From assembly GCF_018350175.1 (NCBI RefSeq), contig NC_058368.1, positions 7,626,001 to 7,690,000 of the forward strand: a stretch of DNA of 64,000 bases. Reading direction: 5' to 3'. Positions 26,021 through 38,070 of the stretch are shown here, piece after piece. Position 1 is the first letter of the stretch. Every line of letters starts with the position of its first letter. The notes beneath the pieces were generated by a model that made no database searches, was not told the DNA's origin, and saw only the letters and a list, made by a program, of their open reading frames with translations. Both the position numbers and the translations under genes were made by a program. The DNA is from Felis catus. Lineage: Eukaryota.

Positions 26021-26645
26021 CTGTGAGAACCCTTGGTACCTAGACTAGAGCCATGGCGGGGGGGGGGGACACTGAGGTAGCCTGTAGTGAGCATGCACGG
26101 TGCAAAGGAAGGAGGCAAGCCTTCATCAACAGTTGGTGGAAGACGAGGAGCCAGCAGAGGACTGTGAGGCAGCCGGACTGGGAGGAGGAAAGAGGCCCGT
26201 GAGACTTCGTTTGTTGGAGGTTGCTGATCGCGGCAGCAGAAGCCAACCAGAGGGCTCTTGCTGAGCCAAGGACGCTAGGGGGAGGGATGGCGGGGGAGCC
26301 ACAAGTGGGAAGTGAGAATGCAGAGGGCTTCAGTTGGTTCTTCTGCCCAGAGTCTGTGTCACAATGTAAGAAACAACATCTGCCCGTAATAACAGTACCC
26401 CCTAATACTGAAGCTGGAAACACCTAACAAAGCCAGAAGAGGAAGAAGAGGTGGACTTTTGCATTCGTGACTTGGATTTTATACTCACGACTTGGTTGAC
26501 ACCAACCCCAGCCCAGGCCCCTCTTAGCCTTGAAAGTGTGGCACGCGGTAACCGTAAAAATGCTGCAGACGAGGAGAAGAGGAGGCGGGAGACGATGCCC
26601 CCCATTTTTGCGCACCTTTGTGGGCACCGTTCCACCTTACTGTAC

Positions 26646-26750
26646 CTTTCAGCATTTTGACTGCCACCTGGATTGAGACTCCCGTTTGACTAATTCCGTA
26701 AGCTGTCGCATTCATCACTTTTCCAAAAGCACCTGATCCCAGGACCTTCC
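26646..26750 (-). CDS. FLT3: FLT3 exon 15 (P-loop, VAVK lysine)
   Basis: [35 protein letters not shown]; 105 nt. Confidence 0.97.
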
Positions 26751-26838
26751 CTGCAAGATAATGGTGGGCGAGGGCACGTTAGAGACTTTCCGACAGAACG
26801 GAAACGCTGTGGAAACATTTGGACCATTCGATTCTCAC

Positions 26839-26971
26839 CAAATTCTAAGTTTTCTCTTGGAAACTCCCACTTGAGATCGTATTCATATTCTCTGAAGTCA
26901 ACGTAGAAGTACTCATTATCCAAAGAGCCGGTCACCTGCACCATTTGCAGCTGGCTTTCGTACCTAAATTG
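26839..26971 (-). CDS. FLT3: FLT3 exon 14 (juxtamembrane domain)
   Basis: QFRYESQLQMVQVTGSLDNEYFYVDFREYEYDLKWEFPRENLEF; 133 nt, aag/gtgaga. Confidence 0.97.
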
Positions 26972-27058
26972 CTTCAGAGATGAAAATAATGGGTCCATTA
27001 GCAACAGGCAGTTCCTCAGAAATAGGAAACAGGGCTGGATTTTTACCTTCGCGTTTAC

Positions 27059-27165
27059 CTTTTTGTACTTGTGACAGATGAGCATGGTTAGAACAGTGAT
27101 GAAGGGAAGACAAAGCCCAAGGGTCGCATAGAACAAGATGTTGTCTTGGATGAAAGCAAAGGGCA
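27059..27165 (-). CDS. FLT3: FLT3 exon 13 (transmembrane helix)
   Basis: PFAFIQDNILFYATLGLCLPFITVLTMLICHKYKK; 107 nt. Confidence 0.96.
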
Positions 27166-27448
27166 CTGAAAGGAAAGAGAATCACTGAGCAGTGAACTGG
27201 ATAGAGTGGAAGCTCACTGGAGTTTCGCACATCCTGTTTGAGAAGCCATCATTTGCAGTCCTTACAAGCACCTGACAAACACTCGCCTCCCCCATGGAAA
27301 ATCGGGCAATGTTCCTGTAGAGGACAAGTTCCTAGAAAATTTTGAATGATTTCAATCCCGTTCTTAAAGATCACGTACTAGGGTTATACCAACGACATCT
27401 ATTTAAACCCACAGGATATTCAGGTCAGACATTAAAAGAAAGAAGTTA

Positions 27449-27943
27449 GGGGGCACCTGGGTGGCTCCATTGGTTAAGTATCTGACTCTTGGTTTCGGCT
27501 CAGATCGATCGCACAGTTAGCGAGACTGAGCGCCATGTCGGGCTCGGTGCTGACAGTGCAGAGCCTGCTTGGGATTCTCTCTCCCTCTCTCTCTGCCCCT
27601 TCCCCCCATCACGCATTCTCCCTCTTTCTCTCTCAAAATAAATGAATAAACTTTAAGAATAAAATAAAATAAGGGCGCCTGGGTGGCTCAGTCGGTTAGG
27701 CGTCTGGCTTCAGCCCAGGTCATGATCTCGCGGTCTGTGAGTTTGAGCCCGGCATCGGGCTTTGTGCTGACAGCTCAGAGCCCGGAGCCTGCTTTGGATT
27801 CTGTGCCCCACCACAACCCCCCCTCCACCCCTGCCCACCACCCCTCCTATACTCGTGCTCTGTCTCGCTCTGTCTCTCAAAAACAAATAAGTGTTTAAAA
27901 AATGTTTTTGAAGAATAAAAAATAAAATAAAATAAAATAAAAA
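27449..27943 (+). mobile_element. Two head-to-tail Can-SINEs (27449-27671, 27673-27943)
   Basis: Two heads, outer repeats aaagaagtt. Confidence 0.9.
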
Positions 27944-28139
27944 AGAAGTTTGTGTTTTCTGAACGAAGGTATCGTATGCATGGGAAGTTAGTTTTGGGAT
28001 GCTGGTGATTTTAAACTATGTGTAGGCAGGCAGGTTTCAGACTTGCTTAGGTTAGAAGGGTTGTAAAAAACAAACTAGAAATTATAAAACAGCAGGCTAA
28101 AGGAACATAAAGAGATTCATCAAAAGAGAAAATGGGAGA

Positions 28140-28365
28140 GGGGCGCCTGGGTGGCGCAGTCGGTTAAGCATCCGACTTCAGCCAGGTCGCGATCTCGCGG
28201 TCCGTGGGTTCGAGCCCCGCGTCGGGCTCTGGGCTGATGGCTCGGAGCCTGGAGCCTGTTTCCGACTCTGTGTCTCCCTCTCTCTCTGCCCCTCCCCCGT
28301 TCATGCTCTGTCTCTCTCTGTCCCCAAAATAAATAAACGTTGAAAAAAAAAAAAGAGAGAGAGAG
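28140..28365 (+). mobile_element. Young feline Can-SINE
   Basis: TSD agagaaaatgggagag. Confidence 0.93.
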
Positions 28366-28691
28366 AGAAAATGGGAGAGACCCCAAATCACTACATTGGT
28401 TTCTCTAGAGTTGGATCTTTTGGTAGATACTTCCTACCCTGGGGGTTTACGGTTCTACCTGCGTCACTGTAACTCATGAGTCATAATAACGTAAGGAGAA
28501 GTCCCCTCTGCCCCTACATTACAAAACAGCTTATGTTCAGTGGGGGATTCTTGCCTGACTCAAAAAAGACTTGTGTCACACCTGAACCTGTACGCTTTTG
28601 CAAAATACCCCAAAGAAGAGCCAACAACAGGGACTAACTTCTAGTGGGGAATTCCTGAAGGTGGTTCCTTACAAGAACACCTGCTGTGTAC

Positions 28692-28870
28692 CTGAGGCGT
28701 TTAAAAGGATTGTTTCACAAGATGTGCCAAGGGAATTGTATGCACAGCACTTCACCAGGAACCCTTTTACGGCCTCACTCATGTTAAGAGTACTGCTTGA
28801 TATCCATTGTCCAAACACTTTTCTGTTAGCCGTTTTATTCCAAATTCCTTCTGTGATTTCCTCTGTGCAG
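28692..28870 (-). CDS. FLT3: FLT3 exon 12
   Basis: CTEEITEGIWNKTANRKVFGQWISSSTLNMSEAVKGFLVKCCAYNSLGTSCETILLNAS; 179 nt. Confidence 0.95.
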
Positions 28871-29142
28871 CTGAAAAGAAATGGGCAGGGAGGTTAGACA
28901 GGCGGGGCCTAGCGTCAGATTGGAAGTTAGGGTTTGTCTAGTGAGCTTTAAAAGAGATGTCTTGGTTATAAGGTATCAGAGACAATCTGTGACCATTTAG
29001 AATTATAGCTGACTCAGAAGGTGAGCATTTTAAATACTGCACCACTTCTTCTTAAATCGTATTCATGGGCAAGAGTCAGTATGGCAGAGAGAGTATGAGT
29101 TTTACGTTCTTCCAACATAAGAGATACCAATGTCCTCATTAC

Positions 29143-29254
29143 TTGGGAGACTTGTCTGAACACTTCTTCCAGATCCAAGATGGTAATGGGTACCCATCAG
29201 AGGAGCAAGAAGCCTGACTTGCTGATGATCCCTCGACTACCACCTGAGGTTTCC
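29143..29254 (-). CDS. FLT3: FLT3 exon 11
   Basis: KPQVVVEGSSASQASCSSDGYPLPSWIWKKCSDKSP; 112 nt, cag/gtaatg. Confidence 0.95.
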
Positions 29255-29782
29255 CTGTAGAGAAGAACATGTAAAATCAGCTCACGTGGTATGGTACTTT
29301 CCAGAAATGGCCTCAGCGTTCGCTTCATCTAGGTTGCCCATCTACTCCAAGCAGTTTGTGCTTCTGGGAAGGTGTCTCATACGCAGGATGACTCAAGACC
29401 TCTGGTTATTCCCTTTTTTGCCCCTTGTGTGGAACTTTCTGTACAGACAGCCCTACCACCCATGTGCAAAACACTACTTTTCCACTGCCAGGCTCCTCCT
29501 GTAGACGGCTGAGATGTGCTCATCTCTCTACCTCCAAGAATCAAAACGATTCTTAGCTTCAGGAGAGAAACATCTATACAAAGTCCAGTGAAATGTACTC
29601 TCATCTTTTTATAGGCCAAAGGAACAAATATTACTAAAACAAATAAATGTCAGGTAATAGGACTTTTAGCTGTTCCTTCACATGACCTTTCAAAGTACCA
29701 AAGTCAATAAGAGACCGCAAGAAAGTACATTCAGAGAGGACATGGGAGAAGGTATCTTAGCCTCAAAGATGAACACAGAACA

Positions 29783-29784
<2 letters not shown>

Positions 29785-29827
<43 letters not shown>
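29785..29827. repeat. (TATC)n microsatellite
   Basis: Direct reading. Confidence 0.95.
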
Positions 29828-29828
<1 letters not shown>

Positions 29829-29975
29829 AACAAAGTCAGTAGATTTGAAATAAAATTTCACCATACTTCAGTATATAAAAATAGCTTACGGCATCCCTTC
29901 TAAGCCTTTACTTAGCTCTTTCTGGTCATAGTTAATACACAAGTAAGCAGTGATAAGATTAAAGTGAAATTTCTT

Positions 29976-30200
29976 GGGGTGCCTGGGTGGCGCAGTCGGT
30001 TGGGTGTCCGACTTCAGCCAGGTCACGATCTCGCGGTCCGTGGGTTCGAGCCCCGCGTCAGGCTCTGGGCTGATGGCTCAGAGCCTGGAGCCTGTTTCCG
30101 ATTCTGTGTCTCCCTCTCTCTCTGCCCCTCCCCCGTTCATGCTCTGTCTCTCTCTGTCCCACAAATAAATAAACGTTGAAAAAAAAATTAAAAAAAAATA
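29976..30200 (+). mobile_element. Young feline Can-SINE beside the exon 10 donor
   Basis: Perfect TSD aaagtgaaatttcttg at 29961-29976 and 30200-30215. Confidence 0.94.
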
Positions 30201-30229
30201 AAGTGAAATTTCTTGACAATTTAACTTAC

Positions 30230-30333
30230 TTCTTATGTTCAGCGTGAACATTTTTGTGAATTCGGCATCATCGTTTTCTGCATGAAATATGTATTCTCCT
30301 GGCTGGTGTTTATGGTTGCAAAACTTAGATATG
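30230..30333 (-). CDS. FLT3: FLT3 exon 10
   Basis: ISKFCNHKHQPGEYIFHAENDDAEFTKMFTLNIR; 104 nt. Confidence 0.96.
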
Positions 30334-30484
30334 CTGTTTGAAAAAGAATTAAAGATACACTTAGCCAGATTCTTACAGGAGATGCTGAAATGAATGTCGG
30401 CGTGCATGGAAGTCTTTCTCGAGACTCTCACTCCCTGAAGTCCCGTGGACAGGTGTCTGTATGCCAGGCCCTTGTTAATCTAAG

Positions 30485-30645
30485 TGTGGTGTGGTCCACA
30501 GCCAAGCAACATCAGCACTGGTATTATCTAGGAGCTTGTCTGAAATACAAAATTTTAAGTCCCACCCCAAACCTACTGAGAGTCTGCATTTTAAGATGAT
30601 CTCCATGTGATTCATATGCACGTTAAGGGCTGAGAAGCCCTCGTC
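30485..30645. mobile_element. MER5A-like hAT fossil
   Basis: gtgtggtcca...catcagca...ctactga...tctgcattttaa...gtgattcatatgcac. Confidence 0.7.
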
Positions 30646-31650
30646 TAGGCTGGGGTTCCTAAGACAGACAAGAAGGTTCCTGCCCCCACTCTTCTATACA
30701 TTCTGGACTAGTCTGACTTCCCAGAAATATGGAAGAACCTCTATAGGCAGAGGAGACCATAATCCCCCTGCTTCCTGAAAGGACGGCTCTCTGACATTGG
30801 CCCAAGGCAGGACCTATAACCAACCTTTGACTCATATAGCGATTAACAGTGATATAGGCTCAAATCCACTGAGTTTGTACAAAAATCTTTTGGTGGCTCA
30901 AGCATCTCTGCGGATTGCTCATCAGCCACTCAATACACTTGGACATGGAAAACTTGATTTTGGAGATTATCCAACATGCCTACCAGGTACATGGGGTGCT
31001 CAATGTTGGACAGGGTAGGCAAGATAGGGGATCAAGGAGCTGTTGAATACGCCTTCGTGCATTGTAGAGATAGAAAACAAATCCCTTAAAACAGAATAAG
31101 ATAATCTAAGGATTGTTCAGAAGCTATTTAATTAGGCTACCTCTCTCTATATATAGCCAACTTAAAGAAAAAAAGGGGGGAAAGACCACATACTGACAGG
31201 ATAGAAGTGTTAACAGGAAAACACAGGGTGTGGAAACCAGACTTAAACTAGCAGCTATGTAGGATGCAAAGGCCTATAAAATATGGTTCCTGTTCCCAAA
31301 GACATCATCATCCAGGTGGGTGGACAACACTTCCATAGGTAGAATAGCTAAATCATTAAACTACAGGCCAACAGAAGATTAGAGAAGGCAGAGGCCAGTA
31401 CAGATGAGAAAAGTTCAGAGGTCTGCACAGAAACAGGCAGGACTTGAGCTAGATCTTTGTGGATGAGTTTGTTTTAATGAGAACGCAGAAGAAAAGCATC
31501 CAAGGTGGAGGCAACAGCTTTCCTGAAGACACGAGATGGGAACTCATTGCGTATGGCCACGACGGAGAGGAATGGGCAAAGCCTCTTGACCGGAGCAGGA
31601 GCACAAGGGGAGATGTAGTAGAAAAGGCTGAATGGGTAAGGGGTGGGACT

Positions 31651-31694
31651 ATTTATTTATTTGAGAGAGTACATGTGCTTGCAAGCAGGGGAAG

Positions 31695-31740
<46 letters not shown>

Positions 31741-31881
31741 GAGGGAGACAGAGAATCCCAAGCAGGCTCCATGCTGTCAGCGCAGAGCCCGATGCGGGGC
31801 TCAAACTCACAGACCATGAGATCATGACCTGAGCTCAGATCAAGAGTTGGGTATTTAACCAACTGAGCCACCCAGGCATCC
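31651..31881 (-). mobile_element. Can-SINE with expanded (GA)n
   Basis: Reverse copy. Confidence 0.9.
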
Positions 31882-32777
31882 GAAGCCTCATTATTTAGAT
31901 TCACGGGGAAATCGGGAAGATGCTGTCGATTCCTGAGCAGGAATGGAACGTGATGAACGGGATCGCAGTTTAGGTGGTAGGAAAAGGTTACTGGAAAGAG
32001 GCCTGGAGGCAGCTGTAGCAACTCATTCATACATTCATTCATTCATTCATTCACTTGTTCTACCATCAGTGGTAGAGTCCACTTATTGGAGGAATCAGGG
32101 GCACACCAGTGAGGTAGAAAAGGTAAGTTTCTGTTCTCACAGAATTTTCACGTTGCTGGTGACGGTGATGAGTGGTTCCAGTATAGTGTGGGAAGTCCTG
32201 TGAGAGGAGAAGTAAAAGTTCAGATTTGAGAATTCAGAGCACGAAAAAGCAAGGGCCGTCTGAGGTAGGGAAAACGGGACAGGAGAGGGGAAAGGAAACC
32301 CGAGAGGCACCAGGAGCTGTGCTGTGCTGGGTATGGAAGATGAAGGAAGAACAGAATCCCTGTTGACCCCCAACATTCAACACACACTAACTGGTAAAGC
32401 AGCTCCTGAGCCCATGTTTATCTGACGCCAGTGTTCGGTGCCTCGATCTCCAAAGCTAGGGGGTCATTCTGCCCTTGTGTAGCGATGAGGGAATTTATTG
32501 CTCTGACCCATCAAAGTGAGCATTTGACAAGCTGTTTATTTGCCTTGCTAACAAGAAGGCTGAACTAGAAAGGGGGAATTTCGTATCCTGACCTACTTCT
32601 GGGCAACAAGGAGGACATGGCTGGGGAGACAGAAGTGACGGAAGGATCGGGGAACGCCAAGTTATAACACTAGGGAGGAAAGTAAACAGAGCTACCTGTG
32701 ATTTCTAGACTCTTAGGAAGGCAGAGTTTAAGTGGTCCAAGAAGGGAAAGATGTGTGCTTCTTAAAGGGAGCACGTG

Positions 32778-32982
32778 GGGGGCGCCTGGGTGGCTCTCGG
32801 TTGAGTGTCTGACTTTGGCTCAGGCCGCGATCTCATGGTTTGCGAGTTCAAACCCTGCCTTAGGCGTTGTGTTGATGGCAGAGCATGCTTGGGATCCTCT
32901 CCCTCCCTCTCCCTCTCAGCCCCTAGTTTGCTCTCTCACGCTCTCTCGCTCAAAAATAAATAAAGATTTTTAAAATTTTCAT

Positions 32983-33036
<54 letters not shown>
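32778..33036 (+). mobile_element. Can-SINE followed by a (TA)n(GA)n microsatellite
   Basis: Head at about 32778; compound repeat at about 32983-33036. Confidence 0.85.
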
Positions 33037-33038
<2 letters not shown>

Positions 33039-34149
33039 ACATAATTCCCACTGGACAATAGCCAAAGACCCTGAAAAGGAAGAAGAAAGGAGATAAAAAA
33101 GAAGCCGGTGCGGCTAGCCAGGCGCCATGCCAAAAGCACCCATCAATTTGGTACAAGAAGTTACCGATACAGTTAGTGATTATCATGCAGACCAAAGCAA
33201 AATGCTTTGTAAACTTTTCCCTTCCTAAGTCTTTTGTGCTATCTTCATAGGCTACGACTTGCCATAGGGTAGATGAGAGCATCTGAAATGTCCTCTTCCG
33301 GGTAGGAAAGTGGTCACCTAAGTAGCCTGAACACAACAGCAATTATCCAGGTTGTTTGAAACAGCTTGTCCTCCTGTTATGACAGTTAAACCCTAGCAAT
33401 AGCAACAACCGTGTCACTGAACTCCTCTGGGAATTCCAAGGGGACTAACCAACGAGGTAACCTGGACACTCAGAGCTTCCTCTTTCCCTAGGGTTTTTCT
33501 AAAGATGGCCAGCTTTCTAAAGATGTGATCGCAGACCTGGAAACTGGAGTTTACGGTGAGATAATATCTTGGTGACGAAGAGGTTTTCTCACTACGACCA
33601 CGAAAACGGTTTTCTCCTCTTTACAATCAAAATGCAGGTCATTTTTATTTTTCGTTCGGTGCCTAGAGGGGCGGGGCTGAGGAAGGGCAGTTTCTTTCTA
33701 GTGGCTCAGGGAGTGATTTGCTCTAAAGAATGCTTTTTCAAAGGGCAAAGGATTGCCAAAGTCAAATCAGCACGCAGAGAATAATAAAGCATGTGTTGGG
33801 GAACCTGAGAGCTTCTGAAAGCGGGGCCGGGGGAACGCGGCCAGGCTGGTGTTGAAATCTGATCTGTTCAAACTTTCGTTCCACGTTAAAGACAGTCAGG
33901 AGGTGGGAGAAAGGTGCTGATGATTTTATACTACTCTCTACATAATATCATGCTCGCTTTTATTTTATTTCAAGGGAGTCGGCAAGGCCTGGGGGAATAT
34001 CACCCTTAAAAACTAAATAGCAAAGTATGGCACATCTCATAAGGAGGGATACATTTATTTCTAAGTAACCAAAGAGAATGCTTGTATTTTTGTTTTCTTA
34101 CACATTGGGTTTGAGAATCTTACGCTTTGGAAATGAGTTGGTGTCCTCA

Positions 34150-34650
34150 TCATAACTAGTGATATGGTTAAAAACAAAGGCTTTGAAGCCAACTGTTTTT
34201 GCTGGAACCCCAACTCTGCCATGGCCCCGTGGTGTGTCATTGGGCAAGTCACTTAACCTCTCTGTACCTCAGTTTCCTCATCGGTAAAAGAAGACAGTAG
34301 TAGTATCTGGGGCGCCTGCGTGGCTCAGTCGGTTAAGCGTCTTCAGCTCAGGTTACGATCTCTCGGTTCAGGGATTCGAGTCCCACATCGGGCTCTGTGC
34401 TGATGGCTCAGAGCCTGGAGTCTGCTTTGGATTCCATGTCTCCCTCTCTCTCTGCCTTCCCCCGCTTGCGCTCTCTCTCTCTCTCAAAAATAAATAAACA
34501 TTAAAAAAAAAAAAAAAAGGACAGTACCAGTATCTACCTCATAGGGTTGTGGGAGGAGAATGCTCTATTAAATTTTTAAGTAGTTTTGTATAATACATCT
34601 GTAATAATGCCTAGCCCATAGTGAACACAATATATGCGTTAGATTTTCAT
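34150..34650 (+). mobile_element. MIR interrupted by a Can-SINE (34309-34518)
   Basis: ttgggcaagtcacttaacctctctgtacctcagtttcctcatc core; TSD gacagta(gt/cc)agtatct. Confidence 0.85.
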
Positions 34651-35084
34651 CACTATGAGGCTCATGAAGTCCAGTAATCATTTTGAATAAAAAAAGAAAT
34701 TTAGAAACTTTATTGTGGCATATACTGTGAGAAAAATCACATTAAAACAAATTTAAAACTATGGAAAGAACAACAAAAAAAAACCCACTAAAGTTATGCC
34801 CATCAACAGGAGTCAGTTAAAATAAAATTGCCTAAAAAGTGGAATCCTATGCGGCCATTGAAATAATATAAATAATGGAAGACATACTTAAGACCGTAGA
34901 AAGATGCCCATGATATATTTTAAATAAAAAATCAGGTTACAAATGGCACAGTTAATGCCATATGTATACAAAAACCTGTTTCTAGCAGTCCTGCTATCTT
35001 GATCTTGAGAAGAGGTCAATTAGAAAGAGTCTGAAATGTAATCTCTGGAGGTAGAACTATTGGTGTTATTTCTATTTAAAAAAA

Positions 35085-35114
35085 TTTTTTTTACATTTAT
35101 TTATTAATTTTTTT

Positions 35115-35150
<36 letters not shown>

Positions 35151-35317
35151 CACAAGTGGGGGAGGGGCAGGAGAGAAGGAGACACAGGATCCGAAGCAGG
35201 CTCCAGGCTCCGAGCTGTCAGCACAGAGCCTGACGCGGGGCTCGAACTCATGGAACTGTGACATCATGACTTGAGCCGAAGTCGGACGCTTAACCGACTG
35301 AGCCACCCAGGCGCCCC
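35085..35317 (-). mobile_element. Can-SINE
   Basis: Reverse copy. Confidence 0.9.
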
Positions 35318-35705
35318 AATTTAATTTTCAGGCAATTTCAGAAAACAGAAGTAAAGGAAGGGTATTGAGTTTGCCCTCTGTGGACAAGTAACTACCTAGT
35401 CTGTCTTTCATACAATGGGATTATGGGAATTAAACGAGACAATCCACATAAAGGATGTGCACACTGCCTGGCATGTGGTAGGAGCTTAAAGAAGTTTCTT
35501 TCACACTGGGCAGCAGGGAAGGGGGCAGGGTTTGCTGAGGCTCTTGGTAGTTCACTGAACCCACACGTCTTTTCCCTCCTTTCTGTGGACGCTCAAGGCT
35601 CATTTCCTTCCGGGGGAAAAAAATCCTCCCCAAGAGGCTCAATATACTTCTGCAATTATATATCGTTTATTGATTTGAGAGCCCGCTTTTCTGTTAGTCT
35701 GTTCT

Positions 35706-35932
35706 TTTTTTTTTTTTAACTTTTTTAATGTTTTATTTTTATTTTTGAGACAGAGAGAGACAGAGCATGAACGGGGGAGGGGCAGAGAGAGAGGGAGACA
35801 CAGAATCGGAAGCAGGCTCCAGTCTCTGAGCCATCAGCCCAGAGCCCGACGCGGGGCTCGAACTCACGGACCACGAGATCGTGACCTGAGCTGAAGTCGG
35901 ACGCTTAACCGACTGAGCCACCCAGGCGCCCC
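35706..35932 (-). mobile_element. Can-SINE
   Basis: TSD ctgttagtctgttctt. Confidence 0.92.
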
Positions 35933-37852
35933 ACTGTTAGTCTGTTCTTGAGGGGGAGGGCAACTCACCACCCAGAACCCACACGACTACCACACTGCTG
36001 TTTTCCGTAAGTGCTCGGTGAATGCCTGGTGCGTGCAGAACTCAAGGCTCCTGGAACTGGAAGATTAAATGCTCCAGGACAAAGCAAGACTCGGGGATTG
36101 GGCAAGCCAAGGAGAGTCTTCCAGAAGGCACCACTCAATAATTATAACATCTTAAGTTCTGTGTTGTTGTTTTTTTTTTAACCACGAAACTGGGAAAAAG
36201 CTAAGGTAGATTCGGTGTTTATTAAGGACGTTGATAGAGAGGAAATTATGCAAGCCAAGAGATGGAGTATCCTAGGACCTCTTCTCAAGATCAAGATACC
36301 AGGGCTGTTAGAAAATGATAAGTTAATAAGACGTAACCACATTTTATTATGTGCACCCTCACACTTTGGGTGTGATATTTGAGGAAGTAAATAGGAGAAA
36401 CGAAGCCGTGAAGGTAGGGAAGCTGACAGACTTCTGGCATACACACTTTGACCACACCAAAGCCCTCCCGCGAGGAGGGTTATTACACGGGCCTTTCGGT
36501 TACGTCTGAAAAAAAAAAAAAAAACAAAAACTCGTGTCGCTCTGTTCATAAAGTCATCGGTTGCGATATGATTACAGTGCTACGCCTCACAAACAGATTC
36601 CAGTCTGGGTAAACTGTTAAGGGAAGGGATGCTTCACTGCACTAGTCGCTCGGCTTCTTAGTAAACTCGGAACGTTTTATAATAAAAAGTTGGAAAGGAC
36701 TCGGATCATCATGGAGTCTGCCACCTGCTAGCTCAACCCAGGGCCTCGTGGGGCGAGCAAAAGACACCTAGGGCACTTGAAGCCGTGTTCAGATTTCTCG
36801 GTTGTTGTTGGTGTCGCTCAATATGTTGAGCATCTTTTTCAGGAGGGAGGAGGCTCCATTGTCCCTTTGTGCCGTGTGTTAAGTGACGCACGTGGTGACA
36901 TCAGGCGCGTCCTTATCACCAGCAAACACTGTAGCTCTTCAAGAACTTTTTGAATAAGATAAACACTGAGTGGTGGGTGTTGTGGTGAGGGCCGTGGGTG
37001 TGGTGCTCGCAGGGCACAGAGGCGGCCATTGACTGTTCTGGCCCGGGCTGTGCATTGCCACGCCCAGGGGTGATGACGAATTCGTTTGTTTATGAAACAC
37101 ACGTTGCCTGGGCAAGGTAGCGCAGAAAGACAGAGAAATGACAGAACACCGATCCTATGGAGCTTTCGCACTCACTGGTGAGATTCAACTCCCAAAGAGG
37201 TTAACCATACTACCAGCCAGTTATGAACGCGAAAGGCACAGAACACCGTAAGAATCAGGATCTGTCCTGATCTATTCATTTGGCTACCTGTGCAAAGTCA
37301 CCTCTTGGGGTCAGGGGTGCAGACTGTGGCCATGGAATGAAACGGAATGAACTCTGCCACTCGACTGGCCTGTGGCCCCTATATCAGAGACACGGTCCTC
37401 TCATCGGTGACTCTGTAAAATCCCAAGAGGTTGTGCCAGAAGCCAGCAGCACAGGAACACTGATCTCCCAGGTGCCTCTGGCCTTTGAATGTGCCCCCTC
37501 TAAATTTGGGGGGCGGGGCAGAGAGAAAGAGACATCACCGTATTCATTCTTGTAGACCCTCACACCATCAAGTCCGTCAAGAAGGTATCTAAGGAATATT
37601 TGAATTAAGTGGAGTTGATCCCCTCGCTCTTTGAATCAGGGTCAAAAGAGAATCCCATAGTGCTACGAGTTTCTCTGACCCCGAGTCACAATGCAAAGAA
37701 GGGAGGGGATGTGGACCCCACTGGTACCCTTCTGAGCACGGGCCTGTGGTGGTCCATTCAACTGGGAAGACAGGGCTAACTCCCTGGCCTTCTAGTCGCA
37801 AGTCTGATAATTCAGGACAAGAGCTTATGACAACAGGGTGATCCCTCTGAGG

Positions 37853-38070
37853 CAGTGGTTCTCAACCACGGGCAGTTTTTCCAAACCAGGGGCATTTGGC
37901 AATGTCTGGAGGGAGCTATGTTTGGCTGTCGCAATTGGGGGGTGACGGTGCTACTGACATCCGGCGGGTGGAGGCCAGGGATGCTGCTGAACATCTACAA
38001 GGCACAGACAGCCCCCAGAACAAAGAATTATCCAGCCCAAGTCAACAGTGCTGCTTTTGAGAAACCCGGA
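37853..38070 (+). mobile_element. MER20 hAT fossil, near full length
   Basis: cagtggttctcaac...ggcatttggcaatgtctgga...gaggccagggatgctgct...ttgagaaaccc. Confidence 0.85.

Noticed and set aside
28669..28691. Stop seven codons into intron 12, which could give a soluble ectodomain
   Set aside because: I found no sense-strand poly(A) signal nearby, and simple retention would be an NMD target.
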